NCBI GenBank assembly: GCA_003971905.1
Contig: RSEE01000020.1
Coordinates: 186,001-250,000 of the forward strand
DNA from: Moniliella sp. 'wahieum'
Taxonomy: Eukaryota
DNA length: 64,000 bases
Direction: 5' to 3'
Positions 38,109-51,556 of this stretch are shown one piece after another. A program made the translations under genes and the position numbers. The notes under the pieces were generated by a model that saw nothing but the letters and a program-made list of their open reading frames with translations, ran no database searches and was not told the DNA's origin. Numbering within the stretch: position 1 is the first letter of the stretch; each line of letters starts with the position of its first letter.

Positions 38109-38752
38109 TGTCGGATTGGAAACGGCATTCTAGTCGGCAACGCGAAAAAATATCCCACTTTCCCTGTGAGAGAAAAGTGCGAACAAACAATCTACTGACA
38201 CTGGGTTTGCTGGTCTATGCCGCGCTAGCGTTCATTTGTTGTGGTTTGTATTATATGAACTTCACATCACAGCAACTCTGGGATGAGCGAATGATATGGC
38301 AAAATGGGAATCTTTGCCATGCGGAAACGAGCGATGAAAAGGCATTAAGTACAAAAGCGGAGGAGAGACGGCGCGAATATGCGCTTGGTTAACCTCTTCC
38401 CCCGCGCGCTTCCTGGACAAAGACCATTTGTCCAAGCGAAGGAAGAGAACAGATATGAAGAGCTGGTAACGGCGGTGTCTGTAGCGTAATACCCATGCTG
38501 TGGTACCGCGGATCGACGGGAAAGTGTCGAATCCATGTACTGATCACGGGGCGACGATTAAAAGTCGCTTTGCATAGCCCCCTCCACTCCCTTATGGTCG
38601 CTCTCGCTCCTCGGTTTTTCTGCCTATCATTACTCAACTCTATGTTGACTCGGATTCTCGGCCTATCTACAAAACCCACACAATAATCGTCGTTTCTTCT
38701 CCGCTCGCGGTCGTCTAAAAATCCAAACACTACACACGTAGTGGTTTCGACA
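38109..38752. mobile_element. Possible second LTR remnant
   Basis: TGTCGG...TTCGACA termini (5-bp TIR), lower GC, no coding signal. Flanks gatac/cagtt do not match, so no TSD. Confidence 0.3.
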
Positions 38753-40959
38753 CAGTTTCTCGCCTTGTTTCTCGTCTCGGGTCCGCTTCACCCTTGACCC
38801 TCGCCTCCTCTCTTACCTTGTACCTCTTATGTTTGGTCCTCACTTCTTCCTTTTGGCTCATTTCCCCTTTTCACTGTAATAGACCAGTTGGTCTTTCCTT
38901 TGCCCCCCCCCTTTCATCTTCTCTAAAGCCTCTCTGTCTGTTCTTATAGGGACTTTGGATCTGGAACGCGTTCAGTTCTCCGTGAGTCTTGTCTCCAATG
39001 GGTAGGGAAGGTCTCCGTCTGGGGATCCAGCAACCCCGTTACACTACTTTCTTTTCCTCCATTTCTCGCGTTTCCTGACACGCAACGGTTGAAACAGTTG
39101 TTGCCTTCACCTCTCTTTCAAACTTTGGCTAATCTCGCTCCCATTTTCAATTTCTTCGTCCCTACCGTCTCGCTCCTTCCCTGCTCTTTCGCTTCGCACC
39201 ATGCCCTCTGCTCTTGCTTCCTCCCCACGAACGATTGCTACATCCCTTTGCCTAGTCTCGACTCTGGTTTCCCTCGCATTTTACCCCGACTGTGACACTC
39301 TCGGTGCTCATTCTTCCCACACATACGTCGCCAAAACCCGAAGTCAGGTTTCAAGCTATATAGGTTCAAGCTGCCCGTGCCCCTGTCGCTTTCTATTTGT
39401 TGTCTGGTTGGTATTCATCCCTATATCTACACTCAGTGATTTCCATTCAGCATTTACGGAAGTTATACCACGGACAAAGAAAAGCTATGCGCCTACTAAT
39501 ATATCAGAAGGCCTATCAGGCTCTTGCATACACCCGGTGGATGCTTGCTGGTGCCAACCCAATAAGAGATCAGTTCGATCAGTGGAGCTGCTAGCAGGTC
39601 GGGACCCTCTGGCTCCCTCCTCCGTTCGCTTCCAACCCGAATGCAGTGCGAGCGTGGATACGAATGAGCGTGGGAGACACGGTGAGCGATCGACGGACAA
39701 GGATCGACGTCGTCACGTCCTTGTCTTTTTGCCATGGAAGTTTCAGTACTTCAGTAGTCAATACTTCGATGGCCTCGATGGTCACCGGTGAGTGGTGAGC
39801 CGCTGATCGATGATCGTGATCGACGATCCTGGTTTGGCCAGTTGCCCCGTTTGGACGATGGAGGCGATGCGATCAACAGATGAGGTGGCTTCGAAAGGCT
39901 ACACTGGCTGAGTCTAAACGCGCAAGTGCTACGTGTTAAGTCCTAGTTACCATCATGCATCAACGGTATAATCCTCAAGGTACTCAGTACGTTCAACGTT
40001 CAGTTGAGTACCGAGTATTTCCTGCAAGAGGTATGGGTATGTGTCCATCACCTGGGTTTGATGCATGTGATGGTTCCGAGATGGATTGCAGTTGCGCACA
40101 GACGTGTCGGAGTCGGGGGAAGACAAGGAGAACCAAATACCCAAGGGCGCAAATGGAGGGCAAACATGCCTAGAAAGGGAATGACAGGAAGATTGCCAGA
40201 TTACCTCGATTACCTAAGAGCCTATGGCACACCCTTTTTGTATTCCCGAGGCACTAGGCCCTCGTGGTTCTAGACCGATCTCAAAGTGCATTGCCGGTTG
40301 GGAGATGGATGGAATAACCCTAGCACGGAGCGCGCGCGCACACCGTTTGGCCCTACATACTGCTGCTACTGTCGTCCGCGAGCTCTTTTTTTGGCGGCGA
40401 GGCGCAGACAGCAAGGGGGCAGTGCAGCGACAGCGCAAGGCACAGGCAGAGCACAGACAGAGCACAGGCTCTCTGGGCTCGGGCGGCGCGAGAGCAACTG
40501 GCCTGGTGCGGGTGGGTTGGGGCTGCGCAAGAGGGCGAGCGGCAGGCGAGGCGGGGCAGGAGGGCAGTGCCAGCAGATGATGGGGGGGTGGAATTCCGCT
40601 GCCCATTTGCAGGCGGCGGACAACAGTGGGCCCGGCCGGCGGCGGGCGGTGGACGCGACCAGTCAGCGATCTGCAAGCGGCGTGGACGGTGGGCGGCGCG
40701 GCGCCAGTGTGGGTGGGTGCTGAGCACGGCGGGAGCGTGGCTGACGGCGTGGTCCGACGGCCACTGCAGTGCTGCGGTGCTCGGCTGCTGCTGTGCTGCT
40801 GCTGCTGCTTTTCGCTGCCATTGGCTCCTCCCCGCCTCTCCGACCTCAGTCCGCTCAGCGTGCTTTGCCCATCGAAGCCCGAGCCTGCGTCTGAGCATCT
40901 GCGTCCAGCGAGCTGCCACGCCTTGCCGTTGCTCCCGCCTCTGCCTCCGCCTCGCCGCC

Positions 40960-43111
40960 ATGCCGCCGACCGCGTCTGACCAGCGCCGCTCGCCGCCGCC
41001 GACCGCGCCCGTTCGTCGCTCGGGCGCGCTCCCGCGACCACCCGCGCCCCCCGCGTGCTGGCTGACCCCCAGGATGGCTCGCGCATCGAACACCGCGTCG
41101 CCGACGTCGCAGCCGTCCCCCAGGTGCACGGCTCTCACCAGGTGTACGGCCCCTTTGCAGCGCGCAGTAATGACGACGTGCTCGAGGTGAAGCGCATGCT
41201 TCAGCAGTCTCGCCGCCGCCGGCGTCGCTCTGTTGACCGGGCCGCTCTCGTTGCCGATTCCCAGCCCCCTTGCTCCCGTCCCCGCCCTTTCCCCAACCAT
41301 TCCTCCGTCGCCAGTCCTCGTCCCAAGATACGTGCTGGGTGGGCAACGACGTGCTCAGCTGCTACCCCGTTGCCGGCACTGATGTCGTCCAAGGGGAATG
41401 GTCCAAGTTCATCTGGAACTCCAACTACCCTCGCTTCCAACAGATTGGCGCCGTTGACATCTACCTCTTTCGTGACGATGGCGATGTATTGCAGACCAGC
41501 TGGTCCAGCGTCGACAACAACCTAGGCCGCATTTCCTTCAGCCCAAATGATCTCTGGTGGCAAAATATGCCCAAAGCCGCTACTATCCAACCTAACCAAA
41601 CATCTCATGGCCATTTTACTTTGTCATCACTGCTTCGGGTCTTGGCACGGAGAGTGGCATGAGCCGTCTTGCCACATGGTCGGCAATCCGTAAGTTGCCC
41701 ACTTATTTTCCTGTACCCTATGCGAAGCACAGCTGACCTTCTTCATTTTCCCTTCGCAGAGACCGCACTGCCCGCATCAATCGCATCTCAGCGTTCCGCA
41801 TCCTCGGCTTCGCTTGCGTCTGCCTCTTCCGCCTCGCTTGCCTCAGCCTCGCTCTCCTCTGCGTCGTTGGCGTCTTTATCTTCCGCTTCGGTGGCTTCTA
41901 TGTCATCCGGATACTTGTCGTCCCTCTCTGTGGCATCCGTATCGGCAGCGTCATCAGCGTCCGTCGCATCAGCGTCTATCGCCTCTCGCACAGCTACGTT
42001 GACGGGGACGGCTCTATCGTCCTACCTCTCTGGGGTTTCCGCATCGTCTGAGACTGCATCTGTTGTTTCATCGATCAGCGAGTCGATCGAATCATCCTTG
42101 CGCAGTGAGGGCTTCACGGGGACTCAGACTGGGGTAGCCACCTTAACCACTACCCTCCCTAATGGTCAGATTATTACGGCTACCGCCACCGCTGAGGCTA
42201 ACGGGGGGGCACTTAATGGTTTGGCGGGGTCTAACCATCTCCCTGCCTATGCCATTGCTTTGATTTGCGTATTCGGGTCGCTTGCATTGCTTCTCGCTCT
42301 GGCTGGCGCCTATCTGGTGTCACGCCGGTGGAGGCGCAAACATGCCGTGGCCATGGCGGTACAGGAGCGGTGCAAAACAGTATGCGCTCGACATCGCCCA
42401 TGCTCGGCGCTGCAAGTGCGCAAAGCATGTCTGACGAGTCCCGTTCGCCCGTCAGCCTCGGTCCCCCTGTCATCCCTGCAGTGGGCCAGGGGGCGAAGAT
42501 TCGGCTGGGATAGCAGCCGCTGGTCTTGGGGCAGGTGCAGCTGCTTCCAGTGCAACAAATGCTGGCGCCGCACCCCCTGGGGGGGCGGGGAACCTCACCC
42601 CACCTTCTGGTCGGATGAGGCAAGCAGGATGGCGGATGCGTTCCGTAACGCGCTCCGTCAACCTTCGTTTGCCGGATCAGAGGATCCAACCAACGCATCC
42701 ACTTCCCACTTGCTTCCCGCTCTTGCAACCGGGGCAGCAGCAGTGCAGGGCGGGGGCGATGGCCCGCAATGCCAGCAGCGTCAGCGCCAAACGACCTTCG
42801 TCCATTGCGACGGGTACATCACCCGCAGGGGCGGTGACAGTGTGAATGCACTACCTTCACCGGCACTCCTCTCTGCAAGGCAGGCCTCGGGCGCCGGCCC
42901 CCATCACACGACATTACGGAGATGGGTCGGAGCACGATGGTCAATCAGTGGTTGACCATTCTGGGGGAGGATCAGAAGAGATGGGATCAAACCACCCAAT
43001 AGGCCAGCGCCCTACATTGGCTCAACTCTTACGCCAAGAGCTGGCACGTGATGGATGGAGATGCATGATGTTGGCCGTTCAAGGCCGACGTTTAACGAGG
43101 ATGAAGAATAG
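40960..43111 (+). CDS. Ser/Thr-rich type I membrane protein (Mid2/Wsc-like cell-surface architecture); start uncertain
   Basis: Extracellular domain CYPVAG..FIWNSNYP..VDIYLF..WWQ; intron 41690-41759; long SASLAS stalk; TM LPAYAIALICVFGSLALLLALAGAYLV then RRWRRK; tail DEASRMADAFRNALRQP and LLRQELARDG. Confidence 0.75.
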
Positions 43112-43897
43112 CGGCTCTTCCACCTTCTGCGGGCCAAGGGGTCGTTCGCACTTGGTACCACACTCTTTCTTGCTTTATCCCCTTCTCGTCGACCACTTTG
43201 ACACGATACCCCTTCCCCGTCTTCTCGGTCTTTCCCCGGCTCTTTCCTCTGTAACTGTCTCAGGGTGTGCGAAGTGTGCCACGTTGTCGGTCAGGGCTTC
43301 AGTCAGGTACCAGCTCTGCCTAAGGCATGGCTCGTGGTTCTTCCACTTTCCCATTCCCACCCTCCTTCTGGCGACAACCACCCCCCTCGCTCCTACCATG
43401 CTCAAGACTGCCTGCTCCCATCTCCCTTTGCTTTCTTTGCCATTCTCGCCTCCTACCCTCTTCAATCCTTTTTATGCCGTTCTCTCTTTTGTTTGATCAT
43501 CCCCCTTCATGTCCCCCACCCCTTTTGACCTTCTCTTCATGCTTCATCCCCCTTGTTATACGACGTCTCCACTGTGTGCCACACGCCGGTGGAGCGTCCT
43601 CGCCGTCAGTCCTCTGTGCCCATTCATCTATTCCATCTCACCGATGTCTTTCGTGTTTCCTAGGGTGGCGCCTATAGCGCATGCAGGATCGCTGCTGGCC
43701 ATGCAAGTTTGGGCGTCCTTGTACACCCGCCGAGGCAAAAGGCACCTGCATCAATGGGCCATGATACACTCAGCCAGCCGTTGCATGTAATTTCAGCTCT
43801 TCCCCCCAGGTTATAAAGGGCGCCTGTGAAGGTGTCATCTCCCATTTTCTTGACCCATACCGTCCGTGGTGGAAACCAACCAGTGAGGTAAGTTCCC

Positions 43898-45297
43898 TTA
43901 CACATCGAACATCGCATCCTGTGGGTTCGCCTTGAAGTGAGCAATCCACTCCTTCTCTGCGCTCGAGCCCTTGGGAACAAAGAACGAAAGGCGTCCGTGT
44001 TTGAGAACCAAGCCGTCACGCTTGCTCTCCACCGCATCGTCCTTGGCAGCCGAGTCAATGCTTCGCGAAGTGAGCGCTGCAGACCCAACCGCAACGCGCG
44101 CCGCTGCTTCGTCACCACAACGTTCACCTCCGACACAGTGTAGCCCGTTCCCCATTCCGGGTGGGACGGTCCACCTTGGCCCGGGGGGGAGCAAGGCCCC
44201 GATCCCATCCCCAATCGTCGCATCCTCGTCCCAAACGGGCAAGAGCTCGCTCTGCCCACACCGGGATAGAGCACCAAAACAGGCAATTGCAGAGGCGTTC
44301 GGACCATATCCGGTCCTGCCCAGTCCTGCGGTCGAGACAGCGGCACAGCGTCCAACTGCTTCATTGCTTCAGGGTTAAACGACGGACCGGGCACGTCCCC
44401 GTCGCCCTGAGGCACAGGCGGGACAACGATCAGCCCACGTGCGGTCAATGCACGCAACAACGCAGCAGACGTCATCTTCGTCCTCCGTTCCCGCTCTTTT
44501 TTCTCGGCCTCTTTCCTCTCCGCTGCCTGAACAAGCTCCAGGGCCTTCTTCTGAGCTGACCAAGCTCTTTGTTGTTCGGGTTGACTTTCAGGCCTTGGTC
44601 GGCAGTTGCGAGAGCATCACTGCCCTTACCCAGCGCGACCTGGGCCCGTGTTTTGCGGTAGTACGCCTTCTCGTTCTTGGAGTCATAGGAAAGAGCAGCG
44701 TCAGTGTCAAGAATGACTTGACGGAAATTCCTCAACTCCAGGTTGCATGCGCACGATTGAGCAAAAGGGACTGTTTGATGGTGCCGTCCGGGGGTTTGGC
44801 CTGCAGGCCTTGGTGTAAAACGAAGTGGCTTCGCGGAATCGTTTGCCCTTAAAGTACTCATTGCCCTGGTCTTTGAAGTTGGAGGCAATCTCCTCGGGCG
44901 TACCGGCATGCGCCAAGTTCTGCAACGCTTCCAATGCCACATCCGACGTTTCCCGCCCGGGATCCGCCGCCTTGTCCTGCTCACTGGGCAAGTCGTGCAT
45001 GAACAACGGCACATTGTCCAGCGACGCCAGCTTATCTTCTACTGACATCTTGGGCGGAAAGTTGGGATTGGGGTAGTCCTTGCCCTCCTGCCCAGGCGCG
45101 ACCTGGGCGGCATGCTGTTGGTGCGAGGCAAGCAGCTCATCAAAGTTGCGTTGGCCGGTGGTCCGCTCGTCCTTGGCAGGGGCAGGGGCAGGCGCAGGCG
45201 CAGGGCAGCAGGCTCAGATAGCTCCTCAATCTAAGGTGTCTGGGTCAGTGGTGTGCAACGAAGAAGACAGAGGGTAACAAGAACGCACCACAGCCAT
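43898..45297 (-). CDS. CNS1: Hsp70/Hsp90 co-chaperone CNS1 (TTC4 family, TPR)
   Basis: 9-nt first exon ATGGCTGTG, intron 45231-45288; VPLFM; ALEALQNLAHAGTPEEIASNFKDQGNEYFKGKRF; ACNLELRNF; NEKAYYR; PVLVLYP; ends DAMFDV*. Confidence 0.88.
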
Positions 45298-46001
45298 GTC
45301 AAAAACAACCGATGGTGGTGATGGCTTTCGTTCGTCCACAGCCCGGCGCAACAGAAACAGAAAATTAAAAAGGGGAGGCCTCCAGGCCCCAAATCAGAAA
45401 TGTTGAACGTTTCGATGGCCTACTTCGACGTTCAAGCGATCGGTCATCGATCAAGCTAATTGATCACGCTTCAATTCAGTTTCAGGTGTGGTGTTCAAGC
45501 CGACCTACCAGTGAGGCCAATAATGAGTCGTACGACGAGTGCATGAGGCCCGAGGGCCTCAGGGGACATGCACTCAGCTCTCCTTATAGCTACCAGCGGT
45601 CGATAGCGTGGCCGTGTAGAGTAGAAACCCAGCGTTGGATTATCTAGCTCTACTCAACTAGCAGTCCAGTCTCTGGTGCGAACCACACGAGACGGTATCC
45701 ACGCAGCAGCAGAAAAGGCAAGCCAACGAGGTCCGTATATCATACGTGAATGAAACGAGGCTCGTATGGCACAGGGGATCATCAGAGGCACTGTTGCATA
45801 GCATGCAGATCAAGCGCACCACCATAGTAGTGTCGCAAAAGGAAACAATCGGGGTATGATGCGAAGGGAATCACAGGCAGGAAAACGTGATGAGCACAAA
45901 GTGAGGGAGGGGGGGGGTACGCAGCGGGAAGGGTATCCGCGAACCCACAAAATGTGTTCATAAAGCCTCGGAAGGAAAAATAAGGTAAGTGGAAAACAGG
46001 C

Positions 46002-46997
46002 TTACAGGATATACATCCTCATTCTCAGTTCTGTCAGGAGGGCGATGCCAAACTGGACAAGAAGAAGCATGACATGGGTAAAGTAGTCCCCCATTTGATT
46101 GAGCACAGGCGGGTCCCCGGTCCGCACCCGCTCGATGGTCAGCACAGCCACCATACCATCTTGCCAGTGGCCGTGATTGATTGCTTGGCTGCCCGGATCA
46201 AGAAGTCCTGGAATAGGCGACAGTGGCGTTCCATTCCCAGTTGCGGAAACTCCCGCCAGCAAGGGAAGCATTGACGAGCAAGTCGCGCCGCGCATGGTTG
46301 TACCCGTTCTTGCGAATTTGTGTTTGTGTACCAAATTGCGCTCGGACGATACAGCCAGGAACCAGGCGCCAGTCGAGGCCAGCGGGCCATACTGCTTCCA
46401 CACTGTTTCTGGTTAGCATGGTCCCAAACAAAAAGAGAAAGATGTGCATACTACGGAAATGGTTTCCACCAGTGATGCTTTCTCGGCAAGAGCCGACGAA
46501 CCTCCCAGCATCCCAGTGGGAACTTGTCGGTACTCAAACCGTTCAGGAGTCATTCCGTGCCCATCACCCACGTCGGCATGCATGGGCGCGCCAATGTGCA
46601 AATTGAAGCATTCAAAACTATACCCAATCGAGCGGGCATAGTCCCGAAATCCAGCGTCGGACAAGACATAAGGGTCTGATCGCCCTGACACGATCAGGTT
46701 AATGGGCTCTCATCCCATTCTCGACGAGAAGGAGCATGCTCCCTCCATAGATCGATGGGTCGGACCAGCCGCGCAAATTGTAGAGCCCATTGTTGTACGA
46801 TAATCGGGAAGGGAGAAACGATAAAAGGGGACCGGCACTTGTGGGTCAGTCGAGTTTGTTGCATCAGTGAAGTGTGTGGCCAGCAGAGACATGGCAGGAT
46901 AAGCCAGTGCGAGCGGCAGCCAGGCACAGAGAGACAGAAAGCAGCATATGGCCCAAGAGCACGACATGGGTATTGAGAGAGGAGGTGGCCTGGCCAT
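46002..46997 (-). CDS. Hypothetical secreted or membrane-anchored orphan protein
   Basis: Signal-like MSCSWAICCFLSLCAWLPLALA; colinear ORFs 46710.., 46413..46691 and 46002..46403 joined by a GTATGC...GCTAAC.CAG intron; hydrophobic C-terminus VMLLLVQFGIALL. Confidence 0.45.
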
Positions 46998-47883
46998 ACG
47001 CGCGTCTGCTGTGGGTCTCTCTCTCTCAGTGCCCAGGTTGAGCTGAGGCAGCACAGAGTCGGTGCGGGCGCCAATGGCGAGGGTGGTGGAGAAGGCACAG
47101 AAAACAAGCCGACGCCCATCGGAGATGTGGGCGGTGGCACAGGCTACGAGGGACTGGACCCTGACCGCGAGCGCGCTAGCCCCTCTCTTGTGCCGACTTG
47201 GGAGAACCAATACGCGCCGACTGCCGTAGTTCGCCTTCGCCGCCCGGGTGCTCAATCCCACACTGCGCAGGCACAGCGGCAGTGCACCTCACCACCCTCT
47301 CCCTCCGTGGCGCAACCCCGGCGCCCACCCAATTTGCCCCACAACCAGCCATCGGCGCAGCAGGGGAGGCACAACAGCCAGCATTGACCTAATATGCCTA
47401 CTTCTATGAGCCACAAATTCCACGCCTTTGGTCCCACTACCCCCACTACGATCCCTGCCACCACCATCCCTGAATCCTTGCCACTGTATAGTCAGCCAAT
47501 GGCCTGCTAATCCGATCTACCCCCTTTCCAATATGCCAAGAAAAAGATACCGTAAACGAGAGGAAAGGCCGGTTACTCGTGTTTTTTTAAGTGTTTTAAC
47601 AAGCGCAATTCAACGGATCGGCGCGAAACAAAAAGAGCTGATAGGCCCATAGGTCTCGTCAGTCTCACCACAACGCAAAAAGTAGGAGACTCTCAGCCGA
47701 AACGAGAGAAAGGCTTTGCTGTTGTGTGTATGTGTATATGGTTGCTCCGTAGCATCTGAGCAAGATTGCTAGGGAAGGGGAAAAAGAGAGAGAGGGGAAT
47801 CTTTTCAACCCACCAATGAAGCTCCGTTTAAAGAGCACAGTCCGTTTTCCGCACTTGCGGCAGAAGCGGATGGTATATAGGGC

Positions 47884-49404
47884 TCAGGCTTCATTTCGTG
47901 CAAGGGCCGCATGTGGGTTCTCGGACGGGCGAAAGTTCACCGACTTGCGCACCAGGAGGGAGTAGACACGAAGATCCTTTGCTGAAACGGAGGGTAACGC
48001 ATGCTCATCACGGCCTCCACCACCCTACCCAGCACTCCAGTGTGAGGTGCAAGCAGCACACTGCGCCGGTGGGAGAAGAGATCAAACCCAGCTTTGCCAT
48101 GGTATGACCCATACCCCGAAGGGCCTGTCCCTCCAAATGGCAGCTCGCTGATAGCGAATTGGATCAGCACGTCCCCCACAACTGCTGTTCCCGAGCGAGT
48201 GGTAGACAAGATTTGGTTGGCGACCTTCTTGTTGCCGAACACATATAGTGTCAATGGCTGATCACGCGCATTGATAAAATCGATGCCAGCCTGCACATTG
48301 GGCACTGAAACGACAGGCAATATAGGGCCAAAGAGTTCTGCTTGCATCAGTTCATCATCCTCAGTGACATCAATCACGACTGTGGGCTCAATGAACTTGG
48401 CCTCCACATCCGTTTCCCCACCAATAACGACTGTGCCCTTCGTTTGGGACAACACCTTGGCTAAGCGGCTGGCATGATTCGTGTTGATGATGTTGCTGTA
48501 ATGGCTGGCCTTCTTGGCCCCTCCCTCGTCGGGCCAGAACTCCTTGTAGACTTGTTGAAATGCCTGGACGAGCTTGGGCACAGTCTCGGGAGTGGTCAGA
48601 CATAATCGGGAGCGATGCACGTCTGACCCGCATTCGCCGTCTTGCCCCAAAAGATGCGGCGCGCAGCAAGGGTCAGGTCAGTGCTCGGGTCGACCCAGAC
48701 GGGCGACTTTCCACCCAACTCGAGCGTCACAGGGCACAGCCACTTGGCTGCTTTTTCCTGAATGATGCGCCCCACGGTGCCTGATCCAGTATAAAGAACA
48801 TGCTCAAAACGTTGGTCGAGAACCACGGTTGTTTCTGGAATGCCACCATTGATCACAGCAAACGCGTCGGGGTCGAGATACTTTTCAAAGAGGATGGTCA
48901 GCTCACGCGCCGTGTTGGCTGCCACCTCACTCGGCTTGAGAACGACCGTGTTGCCCGCTGCGATCGCCTGGACGACCGGGGTGATGGCCAGTGCCAAGGG
49001 GTAGTTCCATGCTGACAGGACTAGGACAGTACCCTTGGGGTCCTTGCGGATCGTGGTGCCATGGGTGGCCCAGGCCATGCCAGCCCAGACACGCTCATCT
49101 CGGGCCCACTTGTCGACATGATGAATCATATCTACAATCTCGTTCGCACAGCCGGCCAACTCCAAGAATTCAGTCTCGTTGCCTTGGCGACCGAGGTCCT
49201 TGGCTACAGCCGCGTGGAGATCGGAGCGACGGTCCTTGAGGCCAAACCAGAGATTCTTGAGCTGGTTCTTGCGGTACTCGACATTGCGCGTCTTGTGAGT
49301 CAAGAAGGTCGTCCGCAACCGCGCAACAACGGCAGGATCTGGTCGACGGGTGTGTAGACCAGGCCGGCATCGGCACGCGCTTGGTCAGCAGCGGAGGCAG
49401 ACAT
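47884..49404 (-). CDS. HFD1: Fatty aldehyde dehydrogenase (ALDH3 family)
   Basis: DPKGTVLVLSAWNYP; AAGNTVVLKPSE; YTGSGTVG; VTLELGGKSP; NAGQTCIAPDY (catalytic Cys); ELFGPILP; LPFGGTGPSGYGSYHG; MRYPP. One main frameshift near 48600. Confidence 0.92.
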
Positions 49405-50380
49405 GGTGGGAGGGGAGGAGGGGGCAGCGGAAATGTTGGCCCAAGCCAGCAGCCCTTTTCAGATGGAGGCTGGGAATAATTGGATGTGGGGTAGCAATGC
49501 GGGGCTGGGACTAGGGGAGGCTGGCATGAATGGCTGGCTGGCTTGCGTCTGTTTGCTTTGGCGCATTTCAGGCGGGGTCGCAGCGACGACGGGCCACGCG
49601 CGTGAAGCGTGAAGGGACATGCAGGTAGTAGGGCTTTAGTGCGGGCGCCAGACGAAGCTACGCGCCCACGTCTCTTTGCACCAGGCGGGCTGGACGGCTG
49701 CGCCATGGCTCCTCTGCGGTGCTCGTCAAGCGTCAAGCTTCAAGCCTCGGCCCGCCTCGGCCGCCTGTCGGTTCGCCCGAGCCTCAGGGAGAGGGCGCGC
49801 GCAGAGGAATTGCCAGCCACCCGTGAGCGCAACCGCGGCGGAATGGGCTCGTGGCGGAAGACATTATCTCTGCGTAGAGCTGAGCGAACCCTCAACGGTT
49901 CAACGTTCAACTTGAACGTTCAACCTGCTGAGCCACCGCCGAGACGAGACTTACTGATGTCATCGAGCTCATCGGTGAGGTTGGTGCTGGGTCGGCGGTG
50001 GATGGGTGATTTGATTAGGCCCTGAGTTCAACGTTCAGTACCAGTGGCGATTGGATCTCAATGTTCAATTTGAATGCTCGAGGTGCAGGTTGATGACGTC
50101 AGACGGATGAAGCTGGTGCCAAATAGAATCTAGCAACCAGCAGCTGGGCCAAGTAGGTAGCTAGTCTGCCAATCTCGGCTCTGGGACACTGCCCCTGTGC
50201 GGCCCACGACCGACCTGCGCGTGGCGTCAGATGCGGCTGGATCCGAGCGAGGGCAGTGGACCACGCTGCGGCTGCTGCGCCGTCGGTTTGGCACACCACC
50301 ACTCGTACGCAGCCTTGGCACCAGCTCGGGCCTCTCCCCCCCCCCCACCACCACCGCCTTCTCCCCTCCCCAACTCCTCA

Positions 50381-50934
50381 ATGGTGCGTTGCTCTCCCTT
50401 CCCAGGGCTGGCCCTGCTCACCACTGCCCCCCCTTTTCCGTCTCTAGTCCTCCGGCGTCAAAGTCAACCCTGAGTGTCTGGACCAGTTCCAGACACTCAA
50501 GCTGGGCAAGAAGACCAAGTACATTATCTACAAGCTCTCGGACGACAACACCGAAATCGTCGTGGCCAAGACCTCCAACTCGCCCGACTATGACGAGTTC
50601 CTCGCCGAGCTTCCTCCCCAGGACTGCCGCTACGCCATCTACGACCTTGAATTTGAAAAGGAAGGCGAGGGGAAGCGTAACAAAATCTGCTTCTTTGCTT
50701 GGTCTCCTGACGAGTCCAAGATTAAGCAGAAGATGGTCTACGCTTCCTCCAAGGACGCCATCCGCAAGTCCCTTGTCGGAATTTCCACCGAAATCCAAGG
50801 CACCGACTTTTCCGAAGTGTCGTACGAGACGGGTATGTCCTCAGCCCCTTCCCCTTTCCCCTACCCTCCCGTCCCTACCCTGCTAACCGTTTCGTGGTAT
50901 CGCAGTGCTCGACAAGGCTGCTCGCGGCTACTAA
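50381..50934 (+). CDS. COF1: Cofilin / actin depolymerizing factor
   Basis: ATG-only exon, intron 50384-50447; [30 protein letters not shown]...DCRYAIYD...[19 protein letters not shown]; intron 50833-50905; VLDKAARGY*. Confidence 0.97.
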
Positions 50935-51556
50935 GTGCCTTTTGTACATGCTTTACAGCTCATGTATCTCATAGTGATGGCTGCCCACCCATGGGGCGAG
51001 CTTCCTGTGGCCATAACCCACTTGCATGAACGTGTATGCTTTGTAAGTGGTTACAGCATTGGCCTGAAGGTATCGCCAGTTTGGTGTGTTGCGTTCCACT
51101 TGGCGAGGAATTGCTCTGAGAGGTGGGAGGTAACAGGAATTGACGCCTGTGCTGGTCTAACGGCGGGTAGCATTATCCATCCTGAGGTCTGAGGTGAATG
51201 ATCACAAGTGGCTCTCACTCCCCTCGGCATCGCGCGACGTAAACGACCACTCAAAGAAGCAAAGCAAACTGCATAAGGAAGGACCAAGCTGCCAAGCGTC
51301 GGTTATGTAGTCCTTCTAGGCCGATCAACCACAAGTAGTGATGAAGCTGATGAAGGGATAGAAGAGAAGCCACTTATGACGGAGGGAGAGGTTAAAGTAT
51401 ACTACGTTGGTGACACGAAACACTGGCTGGGCTGATAATACAAGCGCATAGCATTGATGAGGTCATAGAGTGGTAGAGGGCAGGTAACGGAGATGAAAAC
51501 ATGAAGGTAGTATGCTGGTCGGAACGGGCAGATAACGAGCTGAAACCGGCTCACCA

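Noticed and set aside
45176..45210. GGCAGG tandem repeat
   Set aside because: Encodes the Ala-Pro linker of CNS1 on the minus strand.
50381..50447. ATG-only first exon of cofilin
   Set aside because: A common, known cofilin gene structure; not novel.
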